Positions 22,533-35,746 of a stretch of 64,000 nt of DNA are shown one piece after another. Numbering within the stretch: position 1 is the stretch's first letter; each line of letters starts with the position of its first letter. The notes below the pieces were generated by a model. That model saw only the letters and a list, made by a program, of their open reading frames with translations. It was not told where the DNA came from and searched no databases. The translations under genes and the position numbers were made by a program. Source of the DNA: Alphaproteobacteria bacterium (lineage in GTDB: Bacteria > Pseudomonadota > Alphaproteobacteria > UBA7887); NCBI GenBank assembly GCA_965216755.1, contig CBDCGL010000011.1, forward strand, positions 2,368,001 through 2,432,000. The letters run 5' to 3'.

Positions 22533-23885
22533 ATGGATGGCATCACGTTTACCGCGGCCATGGTGCGTTTGGGGCCGTTTGAGACCCGACCCGATGTGGC
22601 GGTGGCCGTGTCCGGCGGCGCCGACAGCGTCGCCCTCACCTTGTTGACCGCCGATTGGGCCCGGCGACGCGGCGGCCATGCGATTGCTTTGACAGTAGAT
22701 CATGGGTTGCGCGCGGAATCCGCCCGCGAAGCACAATGTGTCGGCGCATGGATGACCACTCGCGGCATCGTCCATCACACGCTTCATTGGCGCGGCCCCA
22801 AGGCGAAGACAAATGTGCAGGCGCGTGCACGCGATGCACGATACCGCTTGTTGACCGACTGGTGTCGCAAGGCCGGAATTTTGCATTTGGCGACAGCCCA
22901 CACGCGCGACGATCAAGCGGAAACCGTATTGATGCGTTTGGCGCGCGGCAGCGGCGATGACGGCGGCGCCGGCATAGCGGCCATTGTCGAGCGCCAGGGC
23001 GTACGACTCATCAGACCGCTATTGTCCGCCGACAAAAATGGTCTGCGCGCTTATTTGCGCGGTCTCGGCCAACAATGGCTGGAAGACCCATCGAATCGTG
23101 ACCCGACCTATGACCGTACCCATACACGCGCCATCTTTGGCGGCGGGCGCGCACCAAACGATGGGGTGCGGCGTATTGCCGACGCTGCTGACGGATTTGC
23201 CGCCGCGCGGATTGCGATTGAACCTGTTGTCGCCACCCTTCTCGCAAAGGCGGTTCGCCTCTCCCCGGGCGGATATGCGCTGGTCGACCCTGGATGTCTC
23301 GAAGCCGCGCCAAGGCCCATTGCCGAGCGCGCATTGGCGCGCATTCTGACCACCGTGGGCGGTCGCCACTATGGCCCCCGCGGCGCTCGTCTCGCGCGGA
23401 CGTTCGACACCATCTTCGGTTCGTCGCCGCACGCGTGCACACTTGGCGGCTGTCGTCTGACCCCTTTCCGCGGCCGGCTTTTGGTGTCGCGTGAGTTGGC
23501 GGCGGTCGGTGCGGACGTCACCTTGTCGGCCGGCGTGTCAAGACGCTGGGATGACCGATTCGTGATCTCGATTACAGACCCGTCGGCGGTATTGAAAACC
23601 GCTGCGCGCCATTCACCGCGACCGCAAACGCAGCACGTCACAATCGCAGCCCTCGGCGCTCGTGGCCCAGCCGCGATGTACGCACAAGTGCCGCGCCGGG
23701 CATTGGCGAGGATTCCAGCACCCGCTCGCGCGTCGCTACCAGCACTCTGGGACCTTGACGGCCTTGTCGCACTGCCCCACCTATCTTATTGGCGGGATTG
23801 TTATGTGGGGTGGCGAAATGCACCGTTTACCGCGCGGTTTCGTCCGCCACATGCGCTCGCTGGTCCGGTCTTTGGCGGCCATTAG
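22533..23885 (+). CDS. tilS: tRNA(Ile)-lysidine synthetase
   Basis: VAVSGGADS, VDHGLR, AHTRDDQAET and EDPSN motifs. Confidence 0.95.
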   Translation: MDGITFTAAMVRLGPFETRPDVAVAVSGGADSVALTLLTADWARRRGGHAIALTVDHGLRAESAREAQCVGAWMTTRGIVHHTLHWRGPKAKTNVQARARDARYRLLTDWCRKAGILHLATAHTRDDQAETVLMRLARGSGDDGGAGIAAIVERQGVRLIRPLLSADKNGLRAYLRGLGQQWLEDPSNRDPTYDRTHTRAIFGGGRAPNDGVRRIADAADGFAAARIAIEPVVATLLAKAVRLSPGGYALVDPGCLEAAPRPIAERALARILTTVGGRHYGPRGARLARTFDTIFGSSPHACTLGGCRLTPFRGRLLVSRELAAVGADVTLSAGVSRRWDDRFVISITDPSAVLKTAARHSPRPQTQHVTIAALGARGPAAMYAQVPRRALARIPAPARASLPALWDLDGLVALPHLSYWRDCYVGWRNAPFTARFRPPHALAGPVFGGH

Positions 23886-24120
23886 GTGATAATTTTGTGC
23901 ACGCTTGCGATCGTGGCGCGAATCGCGCCACAATCAGCTTGAAATTCAGTTCGGAATGGCAGCGGTGTTTGGCGAAATCGTTCCCAGGCCGAGCGAGTGC
24001 GTCGATATCGGATAAACTCGGCACCATGCGCCCACATTGACGGGTGCAAAGTGTCTAAAGGGAAGGCCTATCTTGGATGCGTCGGTTCGTGCGACGCGCC
24101 ACCACGAAGGAACAGACTAC

Positions 24121-26049
<1,929 letters not shown>

Positions 26050-26080
26050 GGCGGCCTCGGCGGCCGGCTGGTCGACGCCA

Positions 26081-27205
26081 TTGCAAATCGAAACGCGCGC
26101 AACGCTGCCGAACCAAATCACGTCGGCAGCGCGCGTTTACGTGCGGCCTTCGGGATTTGTCATCGGACCGGTGGCGCGCGAGCTGATCGCTGCGCGGCGC
26201 GCCTTACCGCTGACCGGGCGCGAACGTCACGGTTTTTTGGCGTTGACGCTCTTTGTGCGCAGCGGTGATCGCGCCTGTGCGACAACCGTCAATGTGCCCG
26301 AATATCTCGCATGGGCCGCCAATCAGGCGGCAGCCACCACTGAGAGTGTACGCCGTGTGGTCGACCGCCTGAGCGCGCCGCGGGCCACGTTTGCCGGTTA
26401 CCACGCCGACCAGCCCGTAATCATGGGCGTCCTCAACGTCACCCCCGACAGCTTTTCGGATGGCGGTCAGTTTCTTGATGCTGCGGCGGCTATCGATCAC
26501 GCACGGGCGATGGCGGCCGCGGGCGCCTCGATCATCGATATTGGCGGGGAATCGACGCGGCCGGGAGCCGAACCCATCACAATCGAGGATGAATTGACGC
26601 GCGTGCTGCCGGTGTTGCGCGCGCTGCGCGACGATCCGATGACCATGTCGATCGACACGCGCAACGCCGTCACCATGTCGGCCGCGTTGGAATGCGGCGC
26701 GGCGATGGTCAATGACGTCACAGCGCTGACCCACGACCCCGCCAGCGCCGTCACTGTGGCGCAAGCCGATGCGCCGGTAATCCTGATGCACAGCCGCGGC
26801 GACCCACGCACTATGCAAGACGATCCCGTATATGCCCATGCGGCGCTGGACGTATACGACGCCCTGGCAACCCGAATTGCCCGGGCCGAGGCGGCCGGTA
26901 TTTCGCGTGCACGCATGATCGTCGACCCCGGAATCGGATTTGGCAAGACGTTGGCGCATAATCTACAGATCCTTGATGGTATCGGTTTGTTCCATGGGCT
27001 CGGCTGCCCCGTGTTGTTGGGTGCATCACGCAAGAGCTTCATCGGCCGGCTCGGATATGGCAAAGAAGCCGCCAAACGGGTCCCGGGATCGTTGGCCACC
27101 GTACTCGCCGCATTGCAGCAGGGTGTCCATATCGTTCGTGTCCACGATGTTGCGGCGACGGCGCAGGCCATTGCCGTTTGGCGTGCCATCCACGACCCGA
27201 CTTGA
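26081..27205 (+). CDS. folP: Dihydropteroate synthase
   Basis: MGVLNVTPDSFSDGG, DIGGESTRPG, DPGIGFGK and SRKS motifs; start uncertain. Confidence 0.95.
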   Translation: MQIETRATLPNQITSAARVYVRPSGFVIGPVARELIAARRALPLTGRERHGFLALTLFVRSGDRACATTVNVPEYLAWAANQAAATTESVRRVVDRLSAPRATFAGYHADQPVIMGVLNVTPDSFSDGGQFLDAAAAIDHARAMAAAGASIIDIGGESTRPGAEPITIEDELTRVLPVLRALRDDPMTMSIDTRNAVTMSAALECGAAMVNDVTALTHDPASAVTVAQADAPVILMHSRGDPRTMQDDPVYAHAALDVYDALATRIARAEAAGISRARMIVDPGIGFGKTLAHNLQILDGIGLFHGLGCPVLLGASRKSFIGRLGYGKEAAKRVPGSLATVLAALQQGVHIVRVHDVAATAQAIAVWRAIHDPT

Positions 27206-27321
27206 TGTCACGGCGTCTGTCGGACCGTGCGCGGTGTCAGGAATGGGCATTGCCGTCGGCGCGACACTGGCTTAAGTAGGCAGACATATGACCGCATCGC
27301 ACATCAGAATCCGGGGCGCAT

Positions 27322-28707
27322 ATGACGCGTAGCTTGTTCGGCACAGACGGCATTCGCGGGCGCGCGAACGCCGAACCCATGACAGCGCAAACGGCGCTCA
27401 AAGTTGGCATGGCCGCGGGGCGATTTTTCACCCGCGGCGAGCATCGGCACAGTGTCGTAATTGGCAAGGACACCCGTCTGTCGGGTTACATGATCGAGCC
27501 GGCACTGACCGCGGGGTTTACCTCGATGGGCATGAACGTCGTGCTGATCGGCCCCATGCCAACCCCGGCCGTCGCTATGCTGACCCGGTCGCTGCGCGCC
27601 GATTTGGGCGTCATGATCTCGGCGTCCCACAATCCCTATCAGGACAATGGCATAAAGTTGTTCGGTCCTGACGGATTTAAGCTTTCTGACCAGGCGGAAG
27701 CGACGATCGAATCCTTCATGGCCAATGGCGTCGAGGCACATTTGACAGTGCCTGACGCGCTCGGCCGGGCGATGCGGCTCGATGACGCGCAGGGCCGCTA
27801 CATCGAATTTGCCAAACACACATTCCCAAAGGGCCAGCGGCTCGATGGGCTGAAGGTCGTCATCGATTGTGCCCATGGCGCCGCATACAAAGTCGCGCCG
27901 ACAGTTTTGTGGGAACTAGGCGCGACGGTGGTACCGATCGGTGTTGACCCTGACGGTTTCAACATCAATCGCGGCTGTGGGTCGACCGAACCCGACCAGT
28001 TGTGTCAGCTGGTGCGAGAGCATGGCGCTGACGTCGGCGTGGCGCTTGATGGCGATGCCGACCGTGTGATTATGGTCGACGAGAATGGCGCCTTGCTCGA
28101 CGGCGACCAATTGATGGCGCTCGTGGTTGAGCACTTCCACGCTGCCGGCCATTTGCGCGGCAATGGATTGGTGGCGACACAAATGTCAAACCTCGGATTG
28201 GAACGTCATCTTGCCGCGCAGGGTTTGGAGCTTGTTCGCACCCGCGTTGGCGACCGCTATGTGGTCGAGCACATGCGCACGCACGGCTACAATGTTGGCG
28301 GCGAACAATCGGGGCATATTATCTTGAGCGACTACACAACGACCGGCGATGGCCTCTTGGCAGCGTTACAAGTCCTGGCCGCCGCGGTCGCGGCCGGTCG
28401 ACCGATCAGTGACGTCGCGCGCCGGTTCGAACCGCTGCCCCAGGTGCTGCGCAGCGTGCCGTGCGGTCAGCCGGAAGTATTGGATGACAAAGCGGTTCGC
28501 GATGCCATCGAAGCCGGCGAAAGTCAGCTGGCTGGAAATGGCCGGGTGTTGATTCGAAAATCGGGCACCGAACCGAAAGTGCGGGTGATGGCCGAGGGCG
28601 AGGACGAAGCGGTGGTCGCCAAGGTGGTCGACGACATTGCCACAACCATCGCCGCGCGAGCCGGCAGCGCGGCGCGACTACAGGGCGGCAACGGCAACGT
28701 CATATGA
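27322..28707 (+). CDS. glmM: Phosphoglucosamine mutase
   Basis: [21 protein letters not shown] and RKSGTEP motifs. Confidence 0.97.
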   Translation: MTRSLFGTDGIRGRANAEPMTAQTALKVGMAAGRFFTRGEHRHSVVIGKDTRLSGYMIEPALTAGFTSMGMNVVLIGPMPTPAVAMLTRSLRADLGVMISASHNPYQDNGIKLFGPDGFKLSDQAEATIESFMANGVEAHLTVPDALGRAMRLDDAQGRYIEFAKHTFPKGQRLDGLKVVIDCAHGAAYKVAPTVLWELGATVVPIGVDPDGFNINRGCGSTEPDQLCQLVREHGADVGVALDGDADRVIMVDENGALLDGDQLMALVVEHFHAAGHLRGNGLVATQMSNLGLERHLAAQGLELVRTRVGDRYVVEHMRTHGYNVGGEQSGHIILSDYTTTGDGLLAALQVLAAAVAAGRPISDVARRFEPLPQVLRSVPCGQPEVLDDKAVRDAIEAGESQLAGNGRVLIRKSGTEPKVRVMAEGEDEAVVAKVVDDIATTIAARAGSAARLQGGNGNVI

Positions 28708-29507
28708 AAGGGCGTGTTCTGAGCATAGCCGGATCGGATTCCGGCGGCGGCGCGGGCATTCAAGCCGACATCAAGACCGTGACCATGCTCGACGGCTTTG
28801 CCGCCAGCGCGATCACGGCCTTGACCGCCCAAAACACGCAGGGCGTATTTGCGATCCAAGACGTCCCGACGGAATTCATCAGCCAACAAATACGGGTCGT
28901 GCTCGAGGATATTGGCGCCGACTGTGTCAAGACTGGCATGTTGCATACAGCCGCGGTGATTGAGGTCGTTGTTGACACCTACATGCGCCACGCACCAAAC
29001 GTGCCTTTGGTTGTCGATCCGGTCATGATCGCCAAGGGTGGCGCCGCCTTGCTGGCACCGGACGCGCACCAAGCCTTGGTCGAGCGCCTCGTGCCGTTCG
29101 CCACGGTATTGACCCCCAACCTGCCCGAAGCCGAAAGCCTGCTCGGCGAAAAGATCGTTGACGCGCACGCCATGTCGGACGCTGCACTGGCGTTGCGCGG
29201 CCTGGGCCCAAAGGCAGTCTTGCTCAAAGGCGGCCATTTGCCTGGCGACAGCGTCGTCGATGTTTTGGTCGCCGATGGTGTCCGCGAGACGTTTCGCGCA
29301 CCGCGTATCGACAGTCGTCACACCCACGGAACGGGATGTACCATGGCTTCGGCGATCGCGACCGGACTTGCTCAGGGTATGGATCTTGTCGCCACAGTCG
29401 AGCGGGCGCGGCGCTATGTTCGCGCCGCCATCGAAACTGCGCCCGAATTGGGCACTGGCCATGGTCCGTTGAATCACGCCCACCCACTCGAGGACGGCCG
29501 CCGATGA
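28704..29507 (+). CDS. thiD: Hydroxymethylpyrimidine/phosphomethylpyrimidine kinase
   Basis: [21 protein letters not shown] and THGTGCT motifs. Confidence 0.96.
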   Translation: MKGRVLSIAGSDSGGGAGIQADIKTVTMLDGFAASAITALTAQNTQGVFAIQDVPTEFISQQIRVVLEDIGADCVKTGMLHTAAVIEVVVDTYMRHAPNVPLVVDPVMIAKGGAALLAPDAHQALVERLVPFATVLTPNLPEAESLLGEKIVDAHAMSDAALALRGLGPKAVLLKGGHLPGDSVVDVLVADGVRETFRAPRIDSRHTHGTGCTMASAIATGLAQGMDLVATVERARRYVRAAIETAPELGTGHGPLNHAHPLEDGRR

Positions 29508-30160
29508 CCCTGGATGTCGACTTATATTGGTCTTTTCGCAGCCCCTACTCCTACTTGGTCACCGGCCGTCTGACACGCCTGGAGCGTGACCATGACCTGA
29601 AAGTCGCCGCGCGCGTGGTCCTGCCATTGGCAGTGCGAGACCCGACCTTTTTCACCCGTGTTGATCCATTGTTTGCGCGCTATGTGCCGCGCGACGCGCG
29701 TCGTTACGCGGAAATGCTTGGCGTTCCGTTCCGCTGGCCGCGCCCAGACCCTGTCGTCCAGGATATGGAGACTCGCGAAATAGCCGCGGACCAACCCTAT
29801 ATTTGGCGCATCAGCCGGTTGGGCATCGAAGCTGAACGGCGCGGCGCCGGTTTGGCTTTCTTGGATCGCGTTTCGCGCGTCATCTGGGATGGCAGTGTCG
29901 AAGATTGGCACAAGGGCGACCATTTGGCTCGCGCGGCCGATGCCGCCGGGCTTGAACTGGCCGCCATGGACGCAACGATCAGCGCGTCAGATGCCGACCA
30001 TGACCAGGTTTTGGACGCCAACATGGCGGCGTTGCGCGCCGCCGGTCATTGGGGCGTGCCCACCATGGTCTTTGATGGCGAGCCGTTTTTTGGTCAAGAC
30101 CGGTTCGAGCTGCTGGTTTGGCGGCTAAAACAAAAGGGGCTAGAGGCGCGCCGACGATAG
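29504..30160 (+). CDS. DsbA/2-hydroxychromene-2-carboxylate isomerase family protein
   Basis: SFRSPYSYL and WGVPTMVFDGEPFFGQDR motifs. Confidence 0.88.
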   Translation: MTLDVDLYWSFRSPYSYLVTGRLTRLERDHDLKVAARVVLPLAVRDPTFFTRVDPLFARYVPRDARRYAEMLGVPFRWPRPDPVVQDMETREIAADQPYIWRISRLGIEAERRGAGLAFLDRVSRVIWDGSVEDWHKGDHLARAADAAGLELAAMDATISASDADHDQVLDANMAALRAAGHWGVPTMVFDGEPFFGQDRFELLVWRLKQKGLEARRR

Positions 30161-30290
30161 CACACGGCGCAGACGGCTTGACTTTGGCGCCGATCGCTCC
30201 TACCACACCATCAAAATCGCGGATGCCCTTGGGTATCGCGAAGGTCGCTTTGGCGACGCAGCCCTCACACCTTGAAAAACTTGTTTGCCG

Positions 30291-31445
30291 ATGACTTTGC
30301 AGAAACCGAGCCTGCGCCCGGCTTGCGCGAACTTTTCTTCAGGACCGTGCGCGAAACGACCAGGATGGTCTTTGGCCACGTTAGACGACGCATTGGTCGG
30401 ACGGTCGCATCGGTCAAAACCCGGCAAGACCAAGCTCGCCGAAGTGCTGGCCCTGAGCCGCGCGTTGCTGGAGCTGCCGCAGGACTACAGGATTGGCATT
30501 GTTCCGGCATCAGACACCGGCGCTTTCGAAATGGCGATGTGGTCACTGCTCGGCGCGCGCCCGGTTGATATTCTCGCCTGGGAAAGCTTTGGCAGTGGCT
30601 GGCTGACGGATATCACCAAGCAATTGCGGCTCGACTCCGCGCGCACGCTGACCGCGCCCTATGGCGAGATTGTAGACCTGGCCGGCGTCAACTGTGATCA
30701 TGACGTGGTTTTCACCTGGAACGGCACAACGTCGGGCGTTTGTGTGCCAAATGGCGACTGGATCGCGGCAAATCGCGGCGGTCTCACGCTCTGTGATGCC
30801 ACGTCGGCGGCTTTTGCCATGGCCTTGCCGTGGCATAAATTGGACGTTGTTACCTACTCCTGGCAAAAAGTTTTGGGTGGTGAGGCGCAGCACGGCGTCT
30901 TAATTCTGAGCCCGCGCGCGGTGGAGCGTTTGGAAACATTTCGTCCGCCCCGGCCATTGCCGAAGATCTTTCGCATGACCAAAGGCGGCAAGTTGATCGA
31001 GGGGATCTTTCACGGCGAAACGATCAACACGCCGTCGATGCTTTGCGTCGAGGATGCTCTGGATGGGCTCAATTGGGCGCAATCGATCGGTGGGTTGACG
31101 AGTCTGATAGCCCGCTCCAAGGGCAATCTCGCCGCGATTGAGAGTTGGGTGGATCGGACACCATGGATCGATTTCTTAGCCTCCGATCCGGCGATAAGGT
31201 CATCGACCTCAGTTTGCCTTAGAATCGTCGATCGGTGGTTTCAAGCTCTGGACGACGATGCCCAGGCCGCGGCAGCCAAGCGGATTGGTGCGCTGTTGGA
31301 CGAAGAAGCGGTCGCGCATGATATTAATGCCTACCGCGACGCGCCGCCGGGTTTGCGTGTCTGGGCCGGCGCGACGGTGGAACAAAGCGATTTAGAGGCG
31401 CTGTTTCCGTGGCTCGAATGGGCCTACGCCACCGTTCGGTCCTAA
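30291..31445 (+). CDS. serC: Phosphoserine aminotransferase
   Basis: [27 protein letters not shown] and SWQK motifs. Confidence 0.94.
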   Translation: MTLQKPSLRPACANFSSGPCAKRPGWSLATLDDALVGRSHRSKPGKTKLAEVLALSRALLELPQDYRIGIVPASDTGAFEMAMWSLLGARPVDILAWESFGSGWLTDITKQLRLDSARTLTAPYGEIVDLAGVNCDHDVVFTWNGTTSGVCVPNGDWIAANRGGLTLCDATSAAFAMALPWHKLDVVTYSWQKVLGGEAQHGVLILSPRAVERLETFRPPRPLPKIFRMTKGGKLIEGIFHGETINTPSMLCVEDALDGLNWAQSIGGLTSLIARSKGNLAAIESWVDRTPWIDFLASDPAIRSSTSVCLRIVDRWFQALDDDAQAAAAKRIGALLDEEAVAHDINAYRDAPPGLRVWAGATVEQSDLEALFPWLEWAYATVRS

Positions 31446-31514
31446 ATCGCCAACCGCGCGTTAGCCAAGCGTATTAATGAGACGGTGCGCAATACAAGCG
31501 AGCAGAACCAAACG

Positions 31515-33089
31515 ATGCCCAAAGTCCTGATATCCGACCAAATGAGCCCATTGGCCGCAGAATGCCTTAAGCGGCGCGGCGTCCAGGCGGATGTGAACAC
31601 GGGCCTATCGGCCGATGAACTGGTTGGCGTGGTCGCGGCCTATGACGGGCTGGCGATCCGCTCCGCCACCAAAGTCACACCGGCCGTGTTCGAAGCCGCC
31701 AACAATTTGCGCGTGGTGGGGCGGGCCGGCATTGGCGTCGATAATGTCGATCTGGCGGCGGCAACCGCCCACGGCGTCGTGGTGATGAATACGCCGTTCG
31801 GCAATTCGGTGACCACGGCCGAACATACGATTGCCATGATTTTGGCCTTGGCGCGGCGCATTCCCCAGGCCGACCGGTCGACCCACGCGGGACTGTGGGA
31901 AAAATCGAAATTCATGGGCGTCGAGGTGACCGGCAAGACATTGGGACTCATTGGTTGCGGCAATATCGGTTCGATCGTCGCCGACCGCGCGCATGGCCTG
32001 AAGATGCGTGTGTTGACCTATGACCCGTTCTTATCGGCGGACCGCGCCGAAGACTTGAATGTCGAAAAGGTGGAATTGGACGAGTTGTTGGCCCGCGCCG
32101 ACTTCATCAGCTTGCACACGCCGCTGACCGATACCACGCGGGGCATTCTTGATGCCACGGCATTGAAAAAGACCAAGCCGGGGGTACGCATTGTCAACTG
32201 CGCGCGCGGCGGCCTGGTCGTCGAACAAGACCTGCGCGCGGCAATCGAGTCAGGACAGGTCGCCGGCGCCGCGTTTGATGTATTTTCGGCTGAGCCAGCC
32301 AAGGACAATCCGTTGTTTGGGCTCGAACAGGTCGTGGCGACGCCCCATCTCGGCGCCTCGACCAGTGAGGCACAAGAAAAAGTCGCCGTCGAAGTGGCCG
32401 AGCAAATTGCGGACTATCTGCTCGACGGCACCGTCACCAATGCCCTCAATATCCCCTCAGTGAATGCCGAAGAAGCGCAAAAGCTCCGCCCTTATATGGC
32501 ATTGGCCGAGCAATTGGGCCGGTTCGCCGGGCAAATCACGGAATCGGGTTTGCGCAAAGTGTCGGTCGAGTATGAGGGCCACGCGGCAACTCTCAATACC
32601 CGTCCTTTGACAGCCGTCGTTTTGCAGGGCCTGCTGAGTCCATTGATGGAATCGGTCAACATGGTCAATGCGCCGCTGGTCGCGCAAGAGCGCGATATTG
32701 ACGTGACCGATAGTAAGAGTACGCGACCGTGCGACTATCACACCCTGATCCGGCTTACGGTGACCACCGAAGCGCGCACGCGCGATGTGGCCGGGACGCT
32801 GTTTGGCAATAGGCCGCGGATCACACACATCAAAGGCATGGAGATTGAAGCCGAGCTTGGCCCGCACATGCTGTTCGTCACCAACAATGATCGCCCCGGC
32901 TTAATCGGCGATTTGGGTCACGCGCTAGGCGATGCCGGCATAAACATTGCGACGTTTCACCTGGGACGCACCGGGCGCGGCGCCGAGGCGATCGCACTGG
33001 TCGAAGTCGACCAGGTTATCGAAGACGATTTGCTTCAGAAAGTGGCGGCGCTGCCCAATGTCATCCGGGTCAAGTCACTGACGTTCTGA
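31515..33089 (+). CDS. serA: D-3-phosphoglycerate dehydrogenase
   Basis: GRAGIGVDN, GCGNIG, NCARGG and PHLGAST motifs plus a C-terminal ACT domain. Confidence 0.97.
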   Translation: MPKVLISDQMSPLAAECLKRRGVQADVNTGLSADELVGVVAAYDGLAIRSATKVTPAVFEAANNLRVVGRAGIGVDNVDLAAATAHGVVVMNTPFGNSVTTAEHTIAMILALARRIPQADRSTHAGLWEKSKFMGVEVTGKTLGLIGCGNIGSIVADRAHGLKMRVLTYDPFLSADRAEDLNVEKVELDELLARADFISLHTPLTDTTRGILDATALKKTKPGVRIVNCARGGLVVEQDLRAAIESGQVAGAAFDVFSAEPAKDNPLFGLEQVVATPHLGASTSEAQEKVAVEVAEQIADYLLDGTVTNALNIPSVNAEEAQKLRPYMALAEQLGRFAGQITESGLRKVSVEYEGHAATLNTRPLTAVVLQGLLSPLMESVNMVNAPLVAQERDIDVTDSKSTRPCDYHTLIRLTVTTEARTRDVAGTLFGNRPRITHIKGMEIEAELGPHMLFVTNNDRPGLIGDLGHALGDAGINIATFHLGRTGRGAEAIALVEVDQVIEDDLLQKVAALPNVIRVKSLTF

Positions 33090-33121
33090 GCGACACGGAT
33101 ATTCAAGCGAAACGACGCATC

Positions 33122-34270
33122 ATGGACGAAACCGCGAAACGCGCCTTGCTCCCAGCTGGTTTGGGCGACTTGCTGCCCCCCGATGGCGATCGCGAGGAAT
33201 TGCTGACCCGCCGATTGGTGGACTGCTTTCGCAGTTTTGGTTACGAACGCGTCAAGCCACCGATGGTCGAGTTCGAGGATAGTCTACTCGACGGCGTCGG
33301 CGCGATCGTGACCGAGCAGACGTTCCGTCTGATGGATCCGATCTCGCAACGGATGATGGGCTTGCGCGCCGACATTACGCCGCAGATCGCGCGCATCGCG
33401 GCCACCCGGTTGAAGAGTGCGCCACGCCCGCTCAGGCTCAGCTATGCGGGCGAAGTCATGCGGGTCAAAGGCGATCAATTGCAGCCGGAGCGTCAGTTCC
33501 GCCAGGTTGGCGTCGAACTGATCGGCGCCGCCAAGGCCGCCATGGGCGACGCCGAAGTGATATTGTTGGCGGCACGGGCGTTGGGCAGCATCGACATTGC
33601 ACCCTTGTCGGTTGATATCAATGCACCGACCCTGGCCGCCAGCGTGTGCACGGAATTGGCCGTGCCCGACCATCAGCGCGACGCACTGTTGGCGGCACTT
33701 GACCGAAAGGACGCCGCCGCATTGGCCGGTATAGACAGTCCGGCGGCGGAAAAGCTGGGCCAGTTGTTGGCCACCGTGGGCCCAGCGGCGACGGCCACTA
33801 CGGCCCTCGCAAGAATCAAGCTGCCCGGTGAATCCGCTGCCTTGGCACAGCGACTGATCGAGGTGGTTGAATTGGTCACCGATTTCGCGCCGACCCTGGG
33901 CCTCACTGTGGATCCTGTCGAAAGTCGAGGCTTCGCCTATCACACCGGGATCAGTTTTACTCTGTTGGCCCCGGGCTATCGCAACGAACTTGGATCCGGC
34001 GGCCGCTACTTGACGGCGGATGGCGAGCCGGCCACGGGGTTCACGCTTTTCATGCATAACCTGCAGCGTGCTTCGCCGGTGACGATGCTGACAAAACGCA
34101 TCTTCCTGCCCCTCGGCACAGACGGTGCCACGCGCCAACAACTTTGCGGCGACGGCTGGACTACGGTCATGGGTCTGGTCGCCGCCAGCGATGATATCGC
34201 CGAAGCCGCGCGTTTGCGCTGCAGCCATGTCTGGCAAGACGGCGTCATTGTTCCGGTTAACGACACTTAG
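33122..34270 (+). CDS. hisZ: ATP phosphoribosyltransferase regulatory subunit
   Basis: LPAGLGDLLP, LRADITPQIARIA, QVGVELIG and GGRY motifs; directly upstream of purA. Confidence 0.9.
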   Translation: MDETAKRALLPAGLGDLLPPDGDREELLTRRLVDCFRSFGYERVKPPMVEFEDSLLDGVGAIVTEQTFRLMDPISQRMMGLRADITPQIARIAATRLKSAPRPLRLSYAGEVMRVKGDQLQPERQFRQVGVELIGAAKAAMGDAEVILLAARALGSIDIAPLSVDINAPTLAASVCTELAVPDHQRDALLAALDRKDAAALAGIDSPAAEKLGQLLATVGPAATATTALARIKLPGESAALAQRLIEVVELVTDFAPTLGLTVDPVESRGFAYHTGISFTLLAPGYRNELGSGGRYLTADGEPATGFTLFMHNLQRASPVTMLTKRIFLPLGTDGATRQQLCGDGWTTVMGLVAASDDIAEAARLRCSHVWQDGVIVPVNDT

Positions 34271-34290
34271 GGTCAAAGGCCTGACACAAC

Positions 34291-35583
34291 ATGGCGAATG
34301 TCGCTGTAATTGGCGCCCAATGGGGCGACGAAGGCAAGGGAAAGATTGTCGACTGGCTGTCGCATCGGGCCGATATCGTGGTTCGTTTCCAGGGTGGCCA
34401 CAATGCCGGTCATACGCTGGTCGTTGACGGTGAGACCTACAAACTGAGCCTACTACCCTCTGGCACGGTGCGTCCTGGCAAAATGTCGATGATCGGCAAT
34501 GGCGTCGTGATTGACCCGTGGGCGCTGATCGAAGAAATAGACCGGCTGGCGGAACAAGGGGTCAAGGTCACCCCCGAGACCCTGCGGATCGCCGAAAATG
34601 CCTGTTTGATCTTGCCGTTCCACGGCGAGCTGGATCGCGCCCGCGAGGGCGCGCGAGATGGCCAGCGGATCGGCACGACAGGGCGTGGCATTGGGCCGGC
34701 CTACGAAGACAAGATCGGGCGCCGTGCAGTGAGACTGTGCGACCTGGCCGACGCCACCACGTTGCAGCACCGCGTTGCGCAAACCCTTGCCCATCACAAC
34801 CTGTTACGCGCCGGGCACGGTTTGAGCGCCGTCGATGGCGATGCGCTGTGCGCCGCTCTGACCCAGATCGCACCCCGTTTGCTGCCGCATATGGACCGCG
34901 TCTGGCAATGCCTGGACCAGGCTCGCCGCGAGGGAAAGCGTATCTTGTTCGAAGGCGCGCAGGGCGCCATGCTCGACGTCGACCACGGAACTTACCCTTA
35001 CGTCACCTCGTCGAACACCATTGCCGCCGCCGCCGCCGCGGGGTCAGGGGTCGGACCCGGCGCGGTCGGTTACGTGCTTGGGATCACCAAGGCCTACACA
35101 ACCCGGGTCGGCTCGGGTCCGTTTCCGACCGAGCAGCCCAATGATATCGGGCGCACACTTGGCGAACGCGGGCACGAGTTCGGCACGGTGACCGGGCGTC
35201 AGCGTCGCTGTGGCTGGTTCGACGCCGTCATGGTGCGTCAAGCTGTGCGCATCGGTGGCATTGATGGCATCGCGCTGACCAAGCTGGATGTGTTGGACGG
35301 CTTTGAGACCATCAATGTCTGTACCCACTATGAGTGTGATGGTGAAACGCTCGACCATCTGCCCGCCTCCGGCCGGTTGCAGGCCGGCGTGACGCCGGTA
35401 TACGAACAGTTTGAGGGCTGGCGCGACAGCACCAGAGGCGCGCGCAGCTGGGCCGAATTGCCGGCCACCGCGGTCAAGTATATCCGGCGCTTGGAGGAGC
35501 TTATCGAGACCCCGGTGGCGCTCTTGTCGACCAGCCCCGAGCGCGAGGACACGGTCTTGGTGCGCGATCCCTTCGCCGACTGA
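34291..35583 (+). CDS. purA: Adenylosuccinate synthetase
   Basis: [28 protein letters not shown] and [14 protein letters not shown] motifs. Confidence 0.98.
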   Translation: MANVAVIGAQWGDEGKGKIVDWLSHRADIVVRFQGGHNAGHTLVVDGETYKLSLLPSGTVRPGKMSMIGNGVVIDPWALIEEIDRLAEQGVKVTPETLRIAENACLILPFHGELDRAREGARDGQRIGTTGRGIGPAYEDKIGRRAVRLCDLADATTLQHRVAQTLAHHNLLRAGHGLSAVDGDALCAALTQIAPRLLPHMDRVWQCLDQARREGKRILFEGAQGAMLDVDHGTYPYVTSSNTIAAAAAAGSGVGPGAVGYVLGITKAYTTRVGSGPFPTEQPNDIGRTLGERGHEFGTVTGRQRRCGWFDAVMVRQAVRIGGIDGIALTKLDVLDGFETINVCTHYECDGETLDHLPASGRLQAGVTPVYEQFEGWRDSTRGARSWAELPATAVKYIRRLEELIETPVALLSTSPEREDTVLVRDPFAD

Positions 35584-35689
35584 TCCCATGGTACCATGTT
35601 ACCGCACCGCGCCGTTTGCGGCGATGTTGCGGTCAGGCAGACCGACCGCCCGATAGCCGGTTACCCACGCTGGTCGGTCAGACCGATCG

Positions 35690-35707
35690 TACTATGCTTG
35701 CATAGTA
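35690..35707. promoter_or_regulatory. Perfect inverted repeat, candidate operator upstream of the kinase-like gene
   Basis: TACTATGC-TT-GCATAGTA about 40 bp upstream of ATG 35747. Confidence 0.4.
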
Positions 35708-35746
35708 TGCACGCGCCCTTCACGCAGACGGCAACGGTCGGATTGC

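Noticed and set aside
26081-26410. N-terminal extension on FolP
   Set aside because: Such extensions are common in alphaproteobacterial FolP; no evidence of a novel fusion
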